A DNA stretch of 64,000 bases from an uncultured Actinomycetes bacterium (GTDB lineage: Bacteria; Actinomycetota; Thermoleophilia; Solirubrobacterales; Solirubrobacteraceae). A program made the position numbers and the translations under genes. Position 1 is the stretch's first letter; each line of letters starts with the position of its first letter. Location: contig CAWGTK010000003.1 in assembly GCA_963825485.1 (NCBI GenBank), positions 1,429 through 65,428 of the forward strand, given 5' to 3'. Positions 25,431 through 34,763 of the stretch are shown piece by piece. Under the pieces are notes generated by a model that worked only from the letters and a program-made list of their open reading frames with translations, did no database searches and was not told where the DNA came from.

Positions 25431-27071
25431 ATGACCCGCAGAACGCGACTGCTCTTCGTTGCCGCCACGCTGGCAGCGGCGCTCGTCCCGGCCGCGGCGC
25501 ATGCGAGCCCGACGCAGATGTCGATCATGATGGACGACGACCTGCTGCTGTACCGATCCGACGGCGTCGCGGCGCGCGCCCTGACGCAGATGAAGACGAT
25601 GGGCGTCGACACGGTGCGCGTCACCGTGCTGTGGCGCACCGTCGCCGAGTTCGCGCGGCCGAGCCTGCGCGACATCAAGCGCCTGAAGGGCAGGTCGAAG
25701 TCGCGCGCCCGCGCCCAGCGGCGGCGCTTCGAGGCCGACGATCCGCGGACCTACCCGCGCGAGAACTGGGATCGCTACGACAACCTCGTCAAGGCGGCGA
25801 CCGCCCGCGGCATCCGCGTCTACTTCAACGTCACGGGCCCCGGCCCGATCTGGGCGCAGCGCACACCGCCCAAGCGCCTGCGCCGGCTGCTGGCGACCTA
25901 CAAGCCCAAGGCGGGCGCGTACAAGCAGTTCGTCAAGGCGGTGGGCCGCCGCTTCGACGGGACCTACCGCGACGAGAACGGCGCGCGCGACGTGCTGCCG
26001 CGGGTGAGCATGTGGTCGCTGTGGAACGAGCCCAACCAGGCCGGCTGGCTGTCGCCGCAGTGGGAGAAGCGCGGCAGCCGCTGGGTCCCCGCCGCGCCGG
26101 CGATCTTCCGCCAGCTCGTGCAGTTCGGCTACGAGGGCCTCGTCGCGACGGGGCATCGCGCCGACAACGACACCATCCTGCTCGGCGAGACCGCGCCGCT
26201 GGGCTCGGGCTCGCGCAGCGAGCGCTCGTCGATGTACCCCAAGCGGTTCTTGCGCGAGCTGTTCTGCGTCAAGGCCAACGGGACCCCGTACACGGGCCGA
26301 TCGGCGCGCCTGCGCCGCTGCGCCGACTTCGAGAAGAAGGGCGCGCTGAAGGCGACCGGCTTCGCGCACCATCCGTACACGAAGAACGTCTCGCCGACAC
26401 AGCGCCACCGCGCCAAGGACGCCCTGACGATGGCGAACATCTCCGAGCTGGGCGCGCTGCTCGACGAGCTCGCCGCCAAGACCGGCGATCTGCCGGCCGG
26501 CCTGCCGCTCTACATGACCGAGTTCGGCTTCGAGACCAACCCGCCCGACCGGTTCTCCGGCATCCCGCCGAGCGCGCAGGCGTCGTTCAACACGCTCGGC
26601 GAGTACCTCGCCTGGAAGGACCCGCGGATCGCGTCGCAGGCGCAGTTCCTGCTGGCCGACGTCGCGCCGCGCAAGCAGCACCGCAAGGGCACGAAGTCCT
26701 ACTGGTCGACCTACCAGTCGGGGCTGCTGACCGGCACCGGTCAGCCCAAGCTCTCGGCGTACGGATACGCGCTGCCGTTTCTCGCGGCGAAGGCGGCCGC
26801 CGATCCGGCCACCGGCCTGCCGGGCTTCGACCTGTGGGGCCAGCTGCGCTTCCTGCCCAACGGGACGCCGGCCGTGGCGCAGCTGCAGTGGCATCCGCTG
26901 GACGGCTCGGCGCCCTGGGTCGCCGTGGGCGAGCCGGTCAGCGCCGACCAGTTGGGCTACTTCACCGCGTCGCGCTTCGCGCCGTCGACGCTGCCCGGCG
27001 AGTGGCGAGCGGTGTGGACCGCGCCCGACGACGCCAGCACGGCGGTCGGCAGCCTCGGCAGCGGCGGCTGA
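25431..27071 (+). CDS. Secreted TIM-barrel glycoside-hydrolase-like protein (clan GH-A/GH5-like)
   Basis: Signal peptide LLFVAATLAAALVPAAAHA. Acid/base-type motif SLWNEPNQ. Nucleophile-type motif LYMTEFGFE. Confidence 0.75.
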   Translation: MTRRTRLLFVAATLAAALVPAAAHASPTQMSIMMDDDLLLYRSDGVAARALTQMKTMGVDTVRVTVLWRTVAEFARPSLRDIKRLKGRSKSRARAQRRRFEADDPRTYPRENWDRYDNLVKAATARGIRVYFNVTGPGPIWAQRTPPKRLRRLLATYKPKAGAYKQFVKAVGRRFDGTYRDENGARDVLPRVSMWSLWNEPNQAGWLSPQWEKRGSRWVPAAPAIFRQLVQFGYEGLVATGHRADNDTILLGETAPLGSGSRSERSSMYPKRFLRELFCVKANGTPYTGRSARLRRCADFEKKGALKATGFAHHPYTKNVSPTQRHRAKDALTMANISELGALLDELAAKTGDLPAGLPLYMTEFGFETNPPDRFSGIPPSAQASFNTLGEYLAWKDPRIASQAQFLLADVAPRKQHRKGTKSYWSTYQSGLLTGTGQPKLSAYGYALPFLAAKAAADPATGLPGFDLWGQLRFLPNGTPAVAQLQWHPLDGSAPWVAVGEPVSADQLGYFTASRFAPSTLPGEWRAVWTAPDDASTAVGSLGSGG

Positions 27072-27095
27072 CGCCGCCGCCTGCCGGGGCCTCAC

Positions 27096-27854
27096 CTACA
27101 GACCCGCGGGATGCCGCGCGCGATAGCCGCGCCGCGAGGCCGGCTCGGCGCGCCAGCGCGGGCCGTCCTCGCCGCGGCCGGAGGTGTCGAAGCGCAGCCC
27201 CGCGATGACGATGTAGGCGTGCTCGCCGTGCGCGTAGGTGGTCATCCAGCTACCGGCGCCGCGCGCGCCGAATCGCATCAGGCCGGTCGAGTCCAGCGGG
27301 GACTCGAGCAGGCCGGCGGCGTGCAGGACGAAGGAGACCGCGCCTGAGCAGTCGTAGGCCGTGTCCCGGAAGTCGTCGGTGTGGCCGCCGCCGTAGCGGT
27401 AGGGCAGCGAGGTGAGCGAGTTCGCCGCGGCGATCGCCAGCACCACGGGCGCGGGCGCTCCGGCGGGCGCGACGGCGGTGCGGCCGTCGGGGGCCAGGAC
27501 GGCGCGCGCGACGGCCGGTGCGCCTGCCGCGCCCGCGGCGGCGGCGCTCGCCCGCGTCCGCAGTCCGCGCGCCTGGGCACGCGAGACGCGGCCGTCGACG
27601 CGCATGCCGAAGCGGCGCTCGTAGCGGCGCACGCTGCGCGTGGTGCGCGCCCCGAAGACGCCGTCGGCGCGCGTCGGCACGCCGACGCGCGTCATCCAGC
27701 GCTGCAGGACGCGGACGTCGCGCCCGTGATCGCCGCGCGCCAGCGAGCGGTCGCCGAAGCGCACGAAGCGCGCATCGGCATCGGAGATCGGCGCAAGCAG
27801 GCTCGCACCACAGGACAGCGCCGCCAGGGCGCAGGGAAGAAGTCGTGCTCGCAC
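27096..27854 (-). CDS. Secreted cell-wall hydrolase: peptidoglycan-binding domain plus NlpC/P60 domain
   Basis: Signal peptide; PG_binding-like GDHGRDVRVLQRWMTRVGV..DGVFGARTTRSVRRYE; NlpC/P60 YRYGGGH..YDCSGAVSFVLH. Confidence 0.85.
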   Translation of the reverse strand: MRARLLPCALAALSCGASLLAPISDADARFVRFGDRSLARGDHGRDVRVLQRWMTRVGVPTRADGVFGARTTRSVRRYERRFGMRVDGRVSRAQARGLRTRASAAAAGAAGAPAVARAVLAPDGRTAVAPAGAPAPVVLAIAAANSLTSLPYRYGGGHTDDFRDTAYDCSGAVSFVLHAAGLLESPLDSTGLMRFGARGAGSWMTTYAHGEHAYIVIAGLRFDTSGRGEDGPRWRAEPASRRGYRARHPAGL

Positions 27855-27859
27855 GTCGG

Positions 27860-28060
27860 TCGTCCTCGCTTTCCACGTCGCTTACGAGGTGAGCTGACGG
27901 GCTCGCGCTGGAAAGTGCGCTACGCCGGCGTACGCCGGTGATTCGCCCCTGCATGCCGATGGCATGCCGTGGTTCCCCCGCCCGCCGGCGCTCCGGGTGC
28001 GTCGGCGGTTCAGCCGTTCTCGGTCAAGACAAGCCGGCCGCCGGAAAGTTGCGACGTGCC
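27860..28060 (-). promoter_or_regulatory. c-di-AMP riboswitch (ydaO-yuaA class) in the 5' leader of the NlpC/P60 gene
   Basis: Minus-strand segments GCGGGGGAACCAC, GGGGCGAAUCACC and CCCGUCAGCUCACCUCGUAAGCGAC match remembered conserved blocks of the class. CACGUCGC/GCGACGUG and CUUUCCA/UGGAAAG pairings are present. The SD lies in the 3' strand. Confidence 0.75.
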
Positions 28061-28071
28061 CGGGCCGCGCG

Positions 28072-29523
28072 TCAGCGCGCCGGGTACGAGCGCGTCGGCG
28101 AGCCGACCCAGACGCGCCCGCTGACGTCGGTCCAGCGCACGCGATAGCGGCGATCGCGCCGCGCCGTCGTCGTCGTCCGCCAGATACCGTCGGCGTCGGT
28201 GCGGTCGTGCTTGAGCGTGCGCCAGCGGCCGCGGCCCGTGTTGCGGTACTCGATCGTCACCCGCGTGACGCCCAGCGCGCGGCGTACGAAGCCCCACAGC
28301 CGCGTGCGCCCGTGCCCGCGCAGCGCGACGAGCGGGACGGTGAAGGCGCTCCAGGCGCGCTTGCGCTTGCCCGTGCTCGTGCGCAGACCGGTTTCGAAGC
28401 CGGGATGGGCGTCGGCCGCGCCCGCCCGCACGACCGGATCGGAGTCGCGCATGAGGTACTGCGAGACGCTCACCACGCGCGGGTTGCGGCGCGCGATCCG
28501 CTCCGACAGCGCCAGGTACTCGGCCTGCATCGTCTGCGGCACGCCGAGCTGGCGGTCGGGCAGCGACTGGATGCCGAACTCGGTCAGCCACAGCGGCAGG
28601 CCCTTGCGCACCGCGCCCGCCCGGCCGGCGCGGGCCAGCGCGCGGTTCAGCCGCGACAGCGAGCCGATCGTCACGTCGTTGCGACTGGGCGGGCGAAAGA
28701 ACGGCCCGTCGCGCGTCGTGTAGGGATGGTGGGCGTAGCCGTCGGCGCGCAGCGGGGCGCAGGCGGCCCGCCGGCGGTAGCGGCTGTCGAGGCACATCGC
28801 GCGCCGCAGGAACGTCACCGGGGGCACGACGTGCGACGTCCCGCGCGGGGCGGTCTCGCCGAACAGCACCGGGACCGACCCGATCCCGGCCGCCGCCAGG
28901 CCGCGCTCGCCGCGCTGGAACAGCCGCCGGTAGACCGCTCCCGAGGTCGGGGTCCGGTAGCCGGTCCACTGCGGCCGCAGGTACTTCGGATGGTTGGGCT
29001 CGTTCCAGATCGCGTAGGCGTCGACGACCTTGCCGTAGCGGCGCCCGACGGCCTCTGAGAATCGCCCGAAGCGCGTCGCGTCAGGTCGCGTGACGTGGTC
29101 GCGCGCGGCCTTCGTGGCCCACATGGGCACCGGCCCGCTGATCGTCAGCAGAACCTTCAGGCCGCGCGCGTCGGCGCCGGCCACGATCGGGTCATAGCGC
29201 GACCAGTCGTACCGGCGCGGGTCGCGCTCGTCGAAACGCGGCGCGACCTGGGCGTCGGGCTGGGGCGCGACGTCGTTCCAGTACAGGACGACGCGCAGCC
29301 AGCCGGCGCCGAGATCGCGGATCTCTTCGAGCGTCGCGTCGCGCAGGGCGCGATCGGCGGAGCGCAGCTCGCGCGGCGCCTCGAAGATCGTCGCCGCATC
29401 GGGCCGTGCGGCGGCCGGCGCGACGATCGTGGCGAACATGGCGAGCGCGCAGAGCAGGCAGGAGCGCACGGGCAGCGAGCGCCGTCCCGGCGACAGACGC
29501 CCTTCGGCCGTCAGCGGGCTCAC
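28072..29523 (-). CDS. Secreted TIM-barrel glycoside-hydrolase-like protein (paralog of 25431..27071)
   Basis: The GTG at 29523 overlaps the upstream TGA. Signal peptide SCLLCALAMFATIVAPAAA. Motifs AIWNEPNH and LWLTEFGIQ. Confidence 0.75.
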   Translation of the reverse strand: MSPLTAEGRLSPGRRSLPVRSCLLCALAMFATIVAPAAARPDAATIFEAPRELRSADRALRDATLEEIRDLGAGWLRVVLYWNDVAPQPDAQVAPRFDERDPRRYDWSRYDPIVAGADARGLKVLLTISGPVPMWATKAARDHVTRPDATRFGRFSEAVGRRYGKVVDAYAIWNEPNHPKYLRPQWTGYRTPTSGAVYRRLFQRGERGLAAAGIGSVPVLFGETAPRGTSHVVPPVTFLRRAMCLDSRYRRRAACAPLRADGYAHHPYTTRDGPFFRPPSRNDVTIGSLSRLNRALARAGRAGAVRKGLPLWLTEFGIQSLPDRQLGVPQTMQAEYLALSERIARRNPRVVSVSQYLMRDSDPVVRAGAADAHPGFETGLRTSTGKRKRAWSAFTVPLVALRGHGRTRLWGFVRRALGVTRVTIEYRNTGRGRWRTLKHDRTDADGIWRTTTTARRDRRYRVRWTDVSGRVWVGSPTRSYPAR

Positions 29524-30214
29524 CGGATGTGCCGAGCCGCGATGTCGCGCCACGGCAGCCCGATCCGGCGATAGATCCCGCAGGCGGGCACGCTGACGCC
29601 CGGATCGCCGCCGGCGCATGCGTACGACGAGGGCACGTGGTAGGCCCGGGCGCCCGACCACGCCCAGCCCGACCACGCCTCGTTGGCCCCGGCGAGCTGG
29701 TAGTCCCCGGTCGAGATGCGATAGCGGATCGCGCCGGAGTTGCGCGTCGAGCAGCCGCCGCGATCGACCTGGCAGGCGCGGAAGAACGCGACGCGGCCGT
29801 TGTCGATCGACGGTCCGAGGTACGTCTGACCGGCGATCCCGGTCCCCATCGCCGCGACCTGGCGGGTATCGGAGCGACCGAGGTTCGTGAGGCGGATCTC
29901 GTTCTGGCGAAAGCCGGGGAAGTCATCGGGCTGGTAGCGCGCGCCGTCCCAGCGGCTGAACAGGACCCACCCCGCGTATCCGCGGACCGGCATGTCGCGG
30001 GCGAGATCGACGATCCTCATCGCGGAGTCCGCGGCCTGGGCAGACGTGGCCCCGGCGAGGGCGAGCACGAGCGCGAGCAGGGTGGCGAGCCTGGGCTCCG
30101 GACGTCGTGTCGCGAGCCGGCGAGGCGGGACGCGGTTTCGTCCGGGAGCGGTGCGGTCAGCCGCCCGGTGCTCGCGTGAAGGCGGCGATTGGATTGGGTT
30201 CTCGGAACCGGTCA
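29520..30214 (-). CDS. Secreted protein of unknown function; start unresolved (CTG overlapping the upstream TGA is the only candidate)
   Basis: Signal-like RRLATRRPEPRLATLLALVLALAGATSAQA|ADSAMRIVD. No ATG, GTG or TTG in any frame between 30212 and the hydrophobic core. Confidence 0.5.
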
Positions 30215-31174
30215 GCGGGAGTACCGGCGCAGGCGTTGCTTGAAGACGTCGAAGGCGGGACGCGGCGTTCCGTCCGCCTCCAGCAGGCCCGCGTCGAAGC
30301 GACACGTCGAGCCGCAGCCGCCGTTCTCGAGGCCGTACGCGTTGTAGTAGTAGACCCGCTGGACCCCGCGCGACCGGTAGCGACTGGCGTACCTGAAGAC
30401 GTTCTTGACGCGCGCCGCCTGCCGCGACTCGGAATACCTGAACGAGCGGCCGAAGCTCGCGAGGCCCCCGGTCTCGGTGAACCAGAACCTCGCGCGGCGG
30501 TTGTAGCGCCGGACCGCGCTGATGATCCGTGCGGTGCCGCGGGAGCGGTTGCGGTTGACGTCGGAGTAGTTGTGTATGCCGACGATCGTCAGGCGCTTGC
30601 GCCACGTCGGGCTGAGTCGCCGGTAGAACGAGCGGATGTAGCGTTCCACGCCGGCCTGGTCGAGCACGTCGAGGCCGACGACCGCGCACGAGCGGCAGCG
30701 GCGCTTCACCGCCCGGTACATGCTCTTGAAGTACGACGCCGCGTTGCCGATGTGGTTCCAGGTCTCCTGCGTCTTGTGGTTGACCTCGTTCCACGCCCCG
30801 AAGTCGCGCACGCCGAGGCGGCGGAAGTAGGCCACGAGGCGGGCGACGTTGCGGCGGTAGCTCGATGTCGAGACGATCCGGCCGCGCTTGGAGCGCAGGT
30901 CGGCCGTCGAGATGTGCAGCAGCGTGGATACGCCGGCGCGGCGCGCCGCCTTGACGAACGCCCGCGCCTTCAGGCGCTCGGCGCGATCCTGCATGACGTC
31001 GGCCGGCACGAAGTACCGCGTCCGCCGCAGCTTCAGCTCCTGGATCGCCGGCGAGTCGAACATCGCCGGGCTCTGGTCGGCGAGCCCCACGCGGATCGAG
31101 CTGCGAGCCGACGCGGGGCTGGCGGGCGCGAGCAGGAGAAGGGCGAGCAGTGAGATGAGCAGCGTTGAGGGCAT
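30212..31174 (-). CDS. Secreted TIM-barrel glycoside-hydrolase-like protein (clan GH-A-like, smaller paralog)
   Basis: Signal peptide MPSTLLISLLALLLLAPASPASA. Motifs GAWNEVNH and FWFTETGG. Confidence 0.7.
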   Translation of the reverse strand: MPSTLLISLLALLLLAPASPASARSSIRVGLADQSPAMFDSPAIQELKLRRTRYFVPADVMQDRAERLKARAFVKAARRAGVSTLLHISTADLRSKRGRIVSTSSYRRNVARLVAYFRRLGVRDFGAWNEVNHKTQETWNHIGNAASYFKSMYRAVKRRCRSCAVVGLDVLDQAGVERYIRSFYRRLSPTWRKRLTIVGIHNYSDVNRNRSRGTARIISAVRRYNRRARFWFTETGGLASFGRSFRYSESRQAARVKNVFRYASRYRSRGVQRVYYYNAYGLENGGCGSTCRFDAGLLEADGTPRPAFDVFKQRLRRYSR

Positions 31175-31239
31175 GGTGAATCGCAACCCGTGCGCCGGGG
31201 GCCGAGTTGCGGACGCTGTGCGTCCCAAGGCCGCCGTTG

Positions 31240-31638
31240 TCATCGCAATGACGGGCGCACGGGCCGGCGCCGCGCAGCGCTTGCCGTCGCGGATGCGAGC
31301 AGCAGGACGGCGCCACCGCAGAGCACGAGGTTCCAGGCGGCGGCGCTGCCGACCGCCAGCCAGGCTGCGGACCCGACCAACCAGGCACCGGCAAGTCCGA
31401 TGATCACCCGCCACGGCGCAGGACCGACCGCCCCTGCGGTACGAGCGAGTGCCATGAGCGCAACGAGCGCGCCCACGCCCATCGGGTTCCACCATGGGTC
31501 GCTGCCCGCGTAGCCGAGGGTCACCGGCGACAGCACGAGCCATGCGCCGACCGCGAACGAGAGGCAACTCGCGGGACTGATGACGTGGCGCGCCACCGGG
31601 CTCGTCAGGACTCCGATGGTCGGCCGATGGTTCATCAT
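31240..31638 (-). CDS. SPW-repeat membrane protein
   Basis: AGGAGG SD 7 nt before ATG 31638. SFAVGAWLVLSPVTLGY..DPWWNP. Confidence 0.7.
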   Translation of the reverse strand: MMNHRPTIGVLTSPVARHVISPASCLSFAVGAWLVLSPVTLGYAGSDPWWNPMGVGALVALMALARTAGAVGPAPWRVIIGLAGAWLVGSAAWLAVGSAAAWNLVLCGGAVLLLASATASAARRRPVRPSLR

Positions 31639-31738
31639 GGTCATACCTCCTGGCCAGGCGGGATTCGCGACTGCCACAGCGGCGATACCGCCGAACTCAC
31701 CGGCAATCCGGCGCATGGTCAGGGGGCTGACCAATCGG

Positions 31739-32221
31739 TCATGCGGCGCGCGACCGCGCGACGATCGCGCAGAGGGCGGCCAGGGTCATCATGAGCGGCC
31801 CGAAGAAGTAGATGTGCCAGTCGCGAGCGTATGCGTCGGGATCCTGGATCAGGTTGGTCACCCCGGCAAGCGCGAAGACCGCGACGAGCACCCAGGTGCC
31901 CACGCGCAGCAGCCACCGCGGCAGCGCCAGCGTGGCGACCCCGATCCGCGCGAGCAGCAGCACGGCTGCGCAGGCGATCAGGACGGCGACGACCGCGCTC
32001 GCCGCCGGCGCCGGGATCTCGGGCGACCCGTACGCGACGGCGGCTCCCCACGTCCCGCCGGCGGCCCAGTACGCGTGAAATACGAACGCGAACAGCAGGA
32101 TCGCGGCGCCGGCGCAGCCCGCGCCAATGGCGATCGGCGTCGGCGCTCGGCCTGTGGCCGGGTCGGTCATGACGGTTCTCCTTGCGTCGTGGGTGCGCGC
32201 GGTTTGAGCGGTGGTGGTCAT
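31739..32221 (-). CDS. DUF3995-like membrane protein
   Basis: FVFHAYWAAGGTWG. The ATG at 32221 overlaps the upstream stop (ATGA). An alternative ATG at 32170 has an AAGGAG SD. Confidence 0.7.
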   Translation of the reverse strand: MTTTAQTARTHDARRTVMTDPATGRAPTPIAIGAGCAGAAILLFAFVFHAYWAAGGTWGAAVAYGSPEIPAPAASAVVAVLIACAAVLLLARIGVATLALPRWLLRVGTWVLVAVFALAGVTNLIQDPDAYARDWHIYFFGPLMMTLAALCAIVARSRAA

Positions 32222-32766
32222 CGGTCCTCCTGTGGATGGGCGAAATGCGGGACAAGACGTGAGCAGCGGCGTGGCCGCGGAACGCTGGCGGCCGGTGCCT
32301 CGTTGTGGCGTGTCCGCCATGCCGTGACCGCGAAGCTCAGGCCGAGCACGACGAAGCACGAGTACACGCCGATGTAGATCGGCGGGGTGAGCATTGGATC
32401 GGGTCGTCCGGCGACGGCCTCCGCGACGGTCCCCGCGAGGCTGAGCAGCCCGACCGGGGTCATGATCGCGAAGCCCAACCATGCCAGCGACGCGCGTAGG
32501 CGCCGCGGTACTTGGCGGCCCCACGGCTGCACGAGCGACTGCAGGATCGCGGCGGCAATCAGGGCGAGCAATACGGTGGCCCACACCGCGATCAGGGGTC
32601 CTCCGATCTGAGCCATGAAGTCCTCGAAGACCGCGCTGTCGCGCACGCCGACCGTGCTGCCCAACCCCCATGCGGTCTTGATGGCGGCGTAGCCTGCTGC
32701 GGCGGCGCACCCCACGTGGGCGGCCGTGATCGCCTGCTTGTGGGGTGTTGAGGTCATGGTCGTCAC
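32218..32766 (-). CDS. Four-TM membrane protein (DUF3995-related)
   Basis: AAIKTAWGLGSTVG followed by hydrophobic helices. Divergent from the kinase gene. Confidence 0.65.
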   Translation of the reverse strand: MTTMTSTPHKQAITAAHVGCAAAAGYAAIKTAWGLGSTVGVRDSAVFEDFMAQIGGPLIAVWATVLLALIAAAILQSLVQPWGRQVPRRLRASLAWLGFAIMTPVGLLSLAGTVAEAVAGRPDPMLTPPIYIGVYSCFVVLGLSFAVTAWRTRHNEAPAASVPRPRRCSRLVPHFAHPQEDR

Positions 32767-32865
32767 TCTCGCGGCGACCGCCGGCGCGTTCGTCCCCCGT
32801 GCGAGCGATCTGCCTCACTCCTGCGAGGGATTTGCCAGCCCGCAGGCGTGTGACACGATCGCCAG

Positions 32866-34113
32866 ATGCCGCGAGCGCGTGAACTGCTGGCCATCCCCGT
32901 CCGCAGGTCGACATGGCAGCGCTTCGTGTATCTCGGGATCGGCACCGCGTTGATCGCGCCGTTCGGGACACTCGCCGGGTTCCTCGCGCCCGTGCTGGAG
33001 GGCGGCCTGGGAGAGCCCGCGGCATGGACGGTCGCAAGCGTGGTGTGCTTCGGTCCGCTGGCGATCGCTACGGGGATGCTGGCGTCCGTGCGCAATCTCG
33101 AGATCGCCGCGGTGCGCCGGCTGCTCGGCGTCGAGCTCGCTGATGCTGCTGCGCTCCACGCGCCGATCTCATGGTCGACGCGCTGGCGCTCGGCGGGGTG
33201 GTTCGCCGCGCACCTCGTCGCGGGCGGCGTGATCGGTGCGCTGACGCTCGTGCTGCCGCCGGCGGCCGTGTCCGCCTGCCTGGCGCCGTTTGCCTCCGAA
33301 GACATCCAGCTCGGTCAGCTGGACGCGACGGTGCCCGGTGGGCCTGCGAGCGCGTGGCTGGTGCCGCTCGCCCTGCTGTCACCGTTCGCACTCGTCTACC
33401 TCGTCGCGGCCGCGAGCGCGATCCTCGCGCGCGCGGCGCCGCGCCTGCTCGGCCCGTCGCCGGCCGAGCGGCTCGCCGCCGTGCAGCGCGACGCTGTGCG
33501 CCTGGCCGAGCGCAACCGGCTCGCGCGCGAGCTGCACGACTCCGTCGGCCACGCGCTGAGCATCGTGACGGTGCAGGCCGGCGCCGCAGGGCGTGTGCTC
33601 GACGACGATCCGGCGTTCGTTCGCGAGGCACTGACGAACATCGAGACCTCCGCGCGCCACGGCCTGCGCGACCTCGATCACGTCCTCGGCCTGCTGCGCG
33701 AGGACGGCGCTGACTCGCGCGCTCCGACACCCACCCTGGCTGACCTGCAGCGACTCGTCGAAAGCTCGCGGTCCGCCGGCATCGAAATCACCGCCGAACT
33801 GACCGGCGAGATCGACGAGGTACCCCAGGCGGTCTCGCGCGAGGCCTACCGGATCGTCCAGGAGAGCCTGACGAACGCCGCGCGTCATGCGGGCCGCGCG
33901 CCGGTCAGCCTGAGCCTCAACGTCGGCGCGGATGAGCTCGAGCTCGAGCTGACCAATCCGCTCGGCGCATCGCGTCCGCGGCGTTCGGGCGGCGGCCGCG
34001 GCCTGAACGGCATCCAAGAGCGCGTCACGAGCCTGCGCGGCCAGATGTCCGCCGGCCCCGACGCGGGCCGCTGGCGCGTCTGCGTGCGACTGCCGCTGCA
34101 CCCCACGCCATGA
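32866..34113 (+). CDS. Membrane sensor histidine kinase (HisKA_3)
   Basis: H-box RLARELHDSVGHAL and HATPase GGGRGLNGIQERV. Confidence 0.9.
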   Translation: MPRARELLAIPVRRSTWQRFVYLGIGTALIAPFGTLAGFLAPVLEGGLGEPAAWTVASVVCFGPLAIATGMLASVRNLEIAAVRRLLGVELADAAALHAPISWSTRWRSAGWFAAHLVAGGVIGALTLVLPPAAVSACLAPFASEDIQLGQLDATVPGGPASAWLVPLALLSPFALVYLVAAASAILARAAPRLLGPSPAERLAAVQRDAVRLAERNRLARELHDSVGHALSIVTVQAGAAGRVLDDDPAFVREALTNIETSARHGLRDLDHVLGLLREDGADSRAPTPTLADLQRLVESSRSAGIEITAELTGEIDEVPQAVSREAYRIVQESLTNAARHAGRAPVSLSLNVGADELELELTNPLGASRPRRSGGGRGLNGIQERVTSLRGQMSAGPDAGRWRVCVRLPLHPTP

Positions 34114-34763
34114 GCCTCGGCATCGTGCTCGTCGACGACGAACCGCTGATCCGCAGCGGCCTGCGCGCGATCATCAACGCCGAAGCAGACCTCAGCGTCA
34201 TCGGCGAGGCCGAGGACGGAGCCGGCGTCACCGCGCTCGTGCGCCGCCTGCGCCCCGATGTCGTGCTGATGGACGTCCGCATGCCAGGCGTCGACGGCAT
34301 CGAGGCGACGCGACGCCTACTCGCCAACCTCGACGACCCGCCCCGCATCCTCGTCCTCACGACCTTCGAGAACGACGATTACGTCTTTGACGCTCTTCAC
34401 GCTGGAGCGTCCGGATTTCTGCTCAAGCGCGCCCGAGCCGACGAGGTCATCCGTGCGATCCGGCTGCTCGCCGCCGGTGATTCGCTGCTCTTTCCGGCCG
34501 CGATCCGCGCACTTGCGGCGCGCAACTCGCCCCCCGCGCCGTCCGCCCGCGGCCTTGATGCGGCAGGGCTCACCGAACGCGAGGCCGAGGTGCTGCGCCT
34601 CGTCGCGCGCGGGCTGTCGAACGCCGAGATCGCCGCGCACCTGATCGTCAGCCTCGAAACGGTCAAGACCCACGTCGCGCATCTGCTCACCAAGCTCGAA
34701 GCGCGCGATCGCACGCAAGCGGTCATCCGCGCCTACCAGAGCGGATTCATCACGCCCCAATGA
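34110..34763 (+). CDS. NarL/FixJ-family response regulator
   Basis: IVLVDDEPLIRSGL..VVLMDVRMPGVDG; LTEREAEVLRLVARGLSNAEIAAHLIVSLETVKTH. ATGA overlap with the kinase. Confidence 0.93.
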   Translation: MSLGIVLVDDEPLIRSGLRAIINAEADLSVIGEAEDGAGVTALVRRLRPDVVLMDVRMPGVDGIEATRRLLANLDDPPRILVLTTFENDDYVFDALHAGASGFLLKRARADEVIRAIRLLAAGDSLLFPAAIRALAARNSPPAPSARGLDAAGLTEREAEVLRLVARGLSNAEIAAHLIVSLETVKTHVAHLLTKLEARDRTQAVIRAYQSGFITPQ

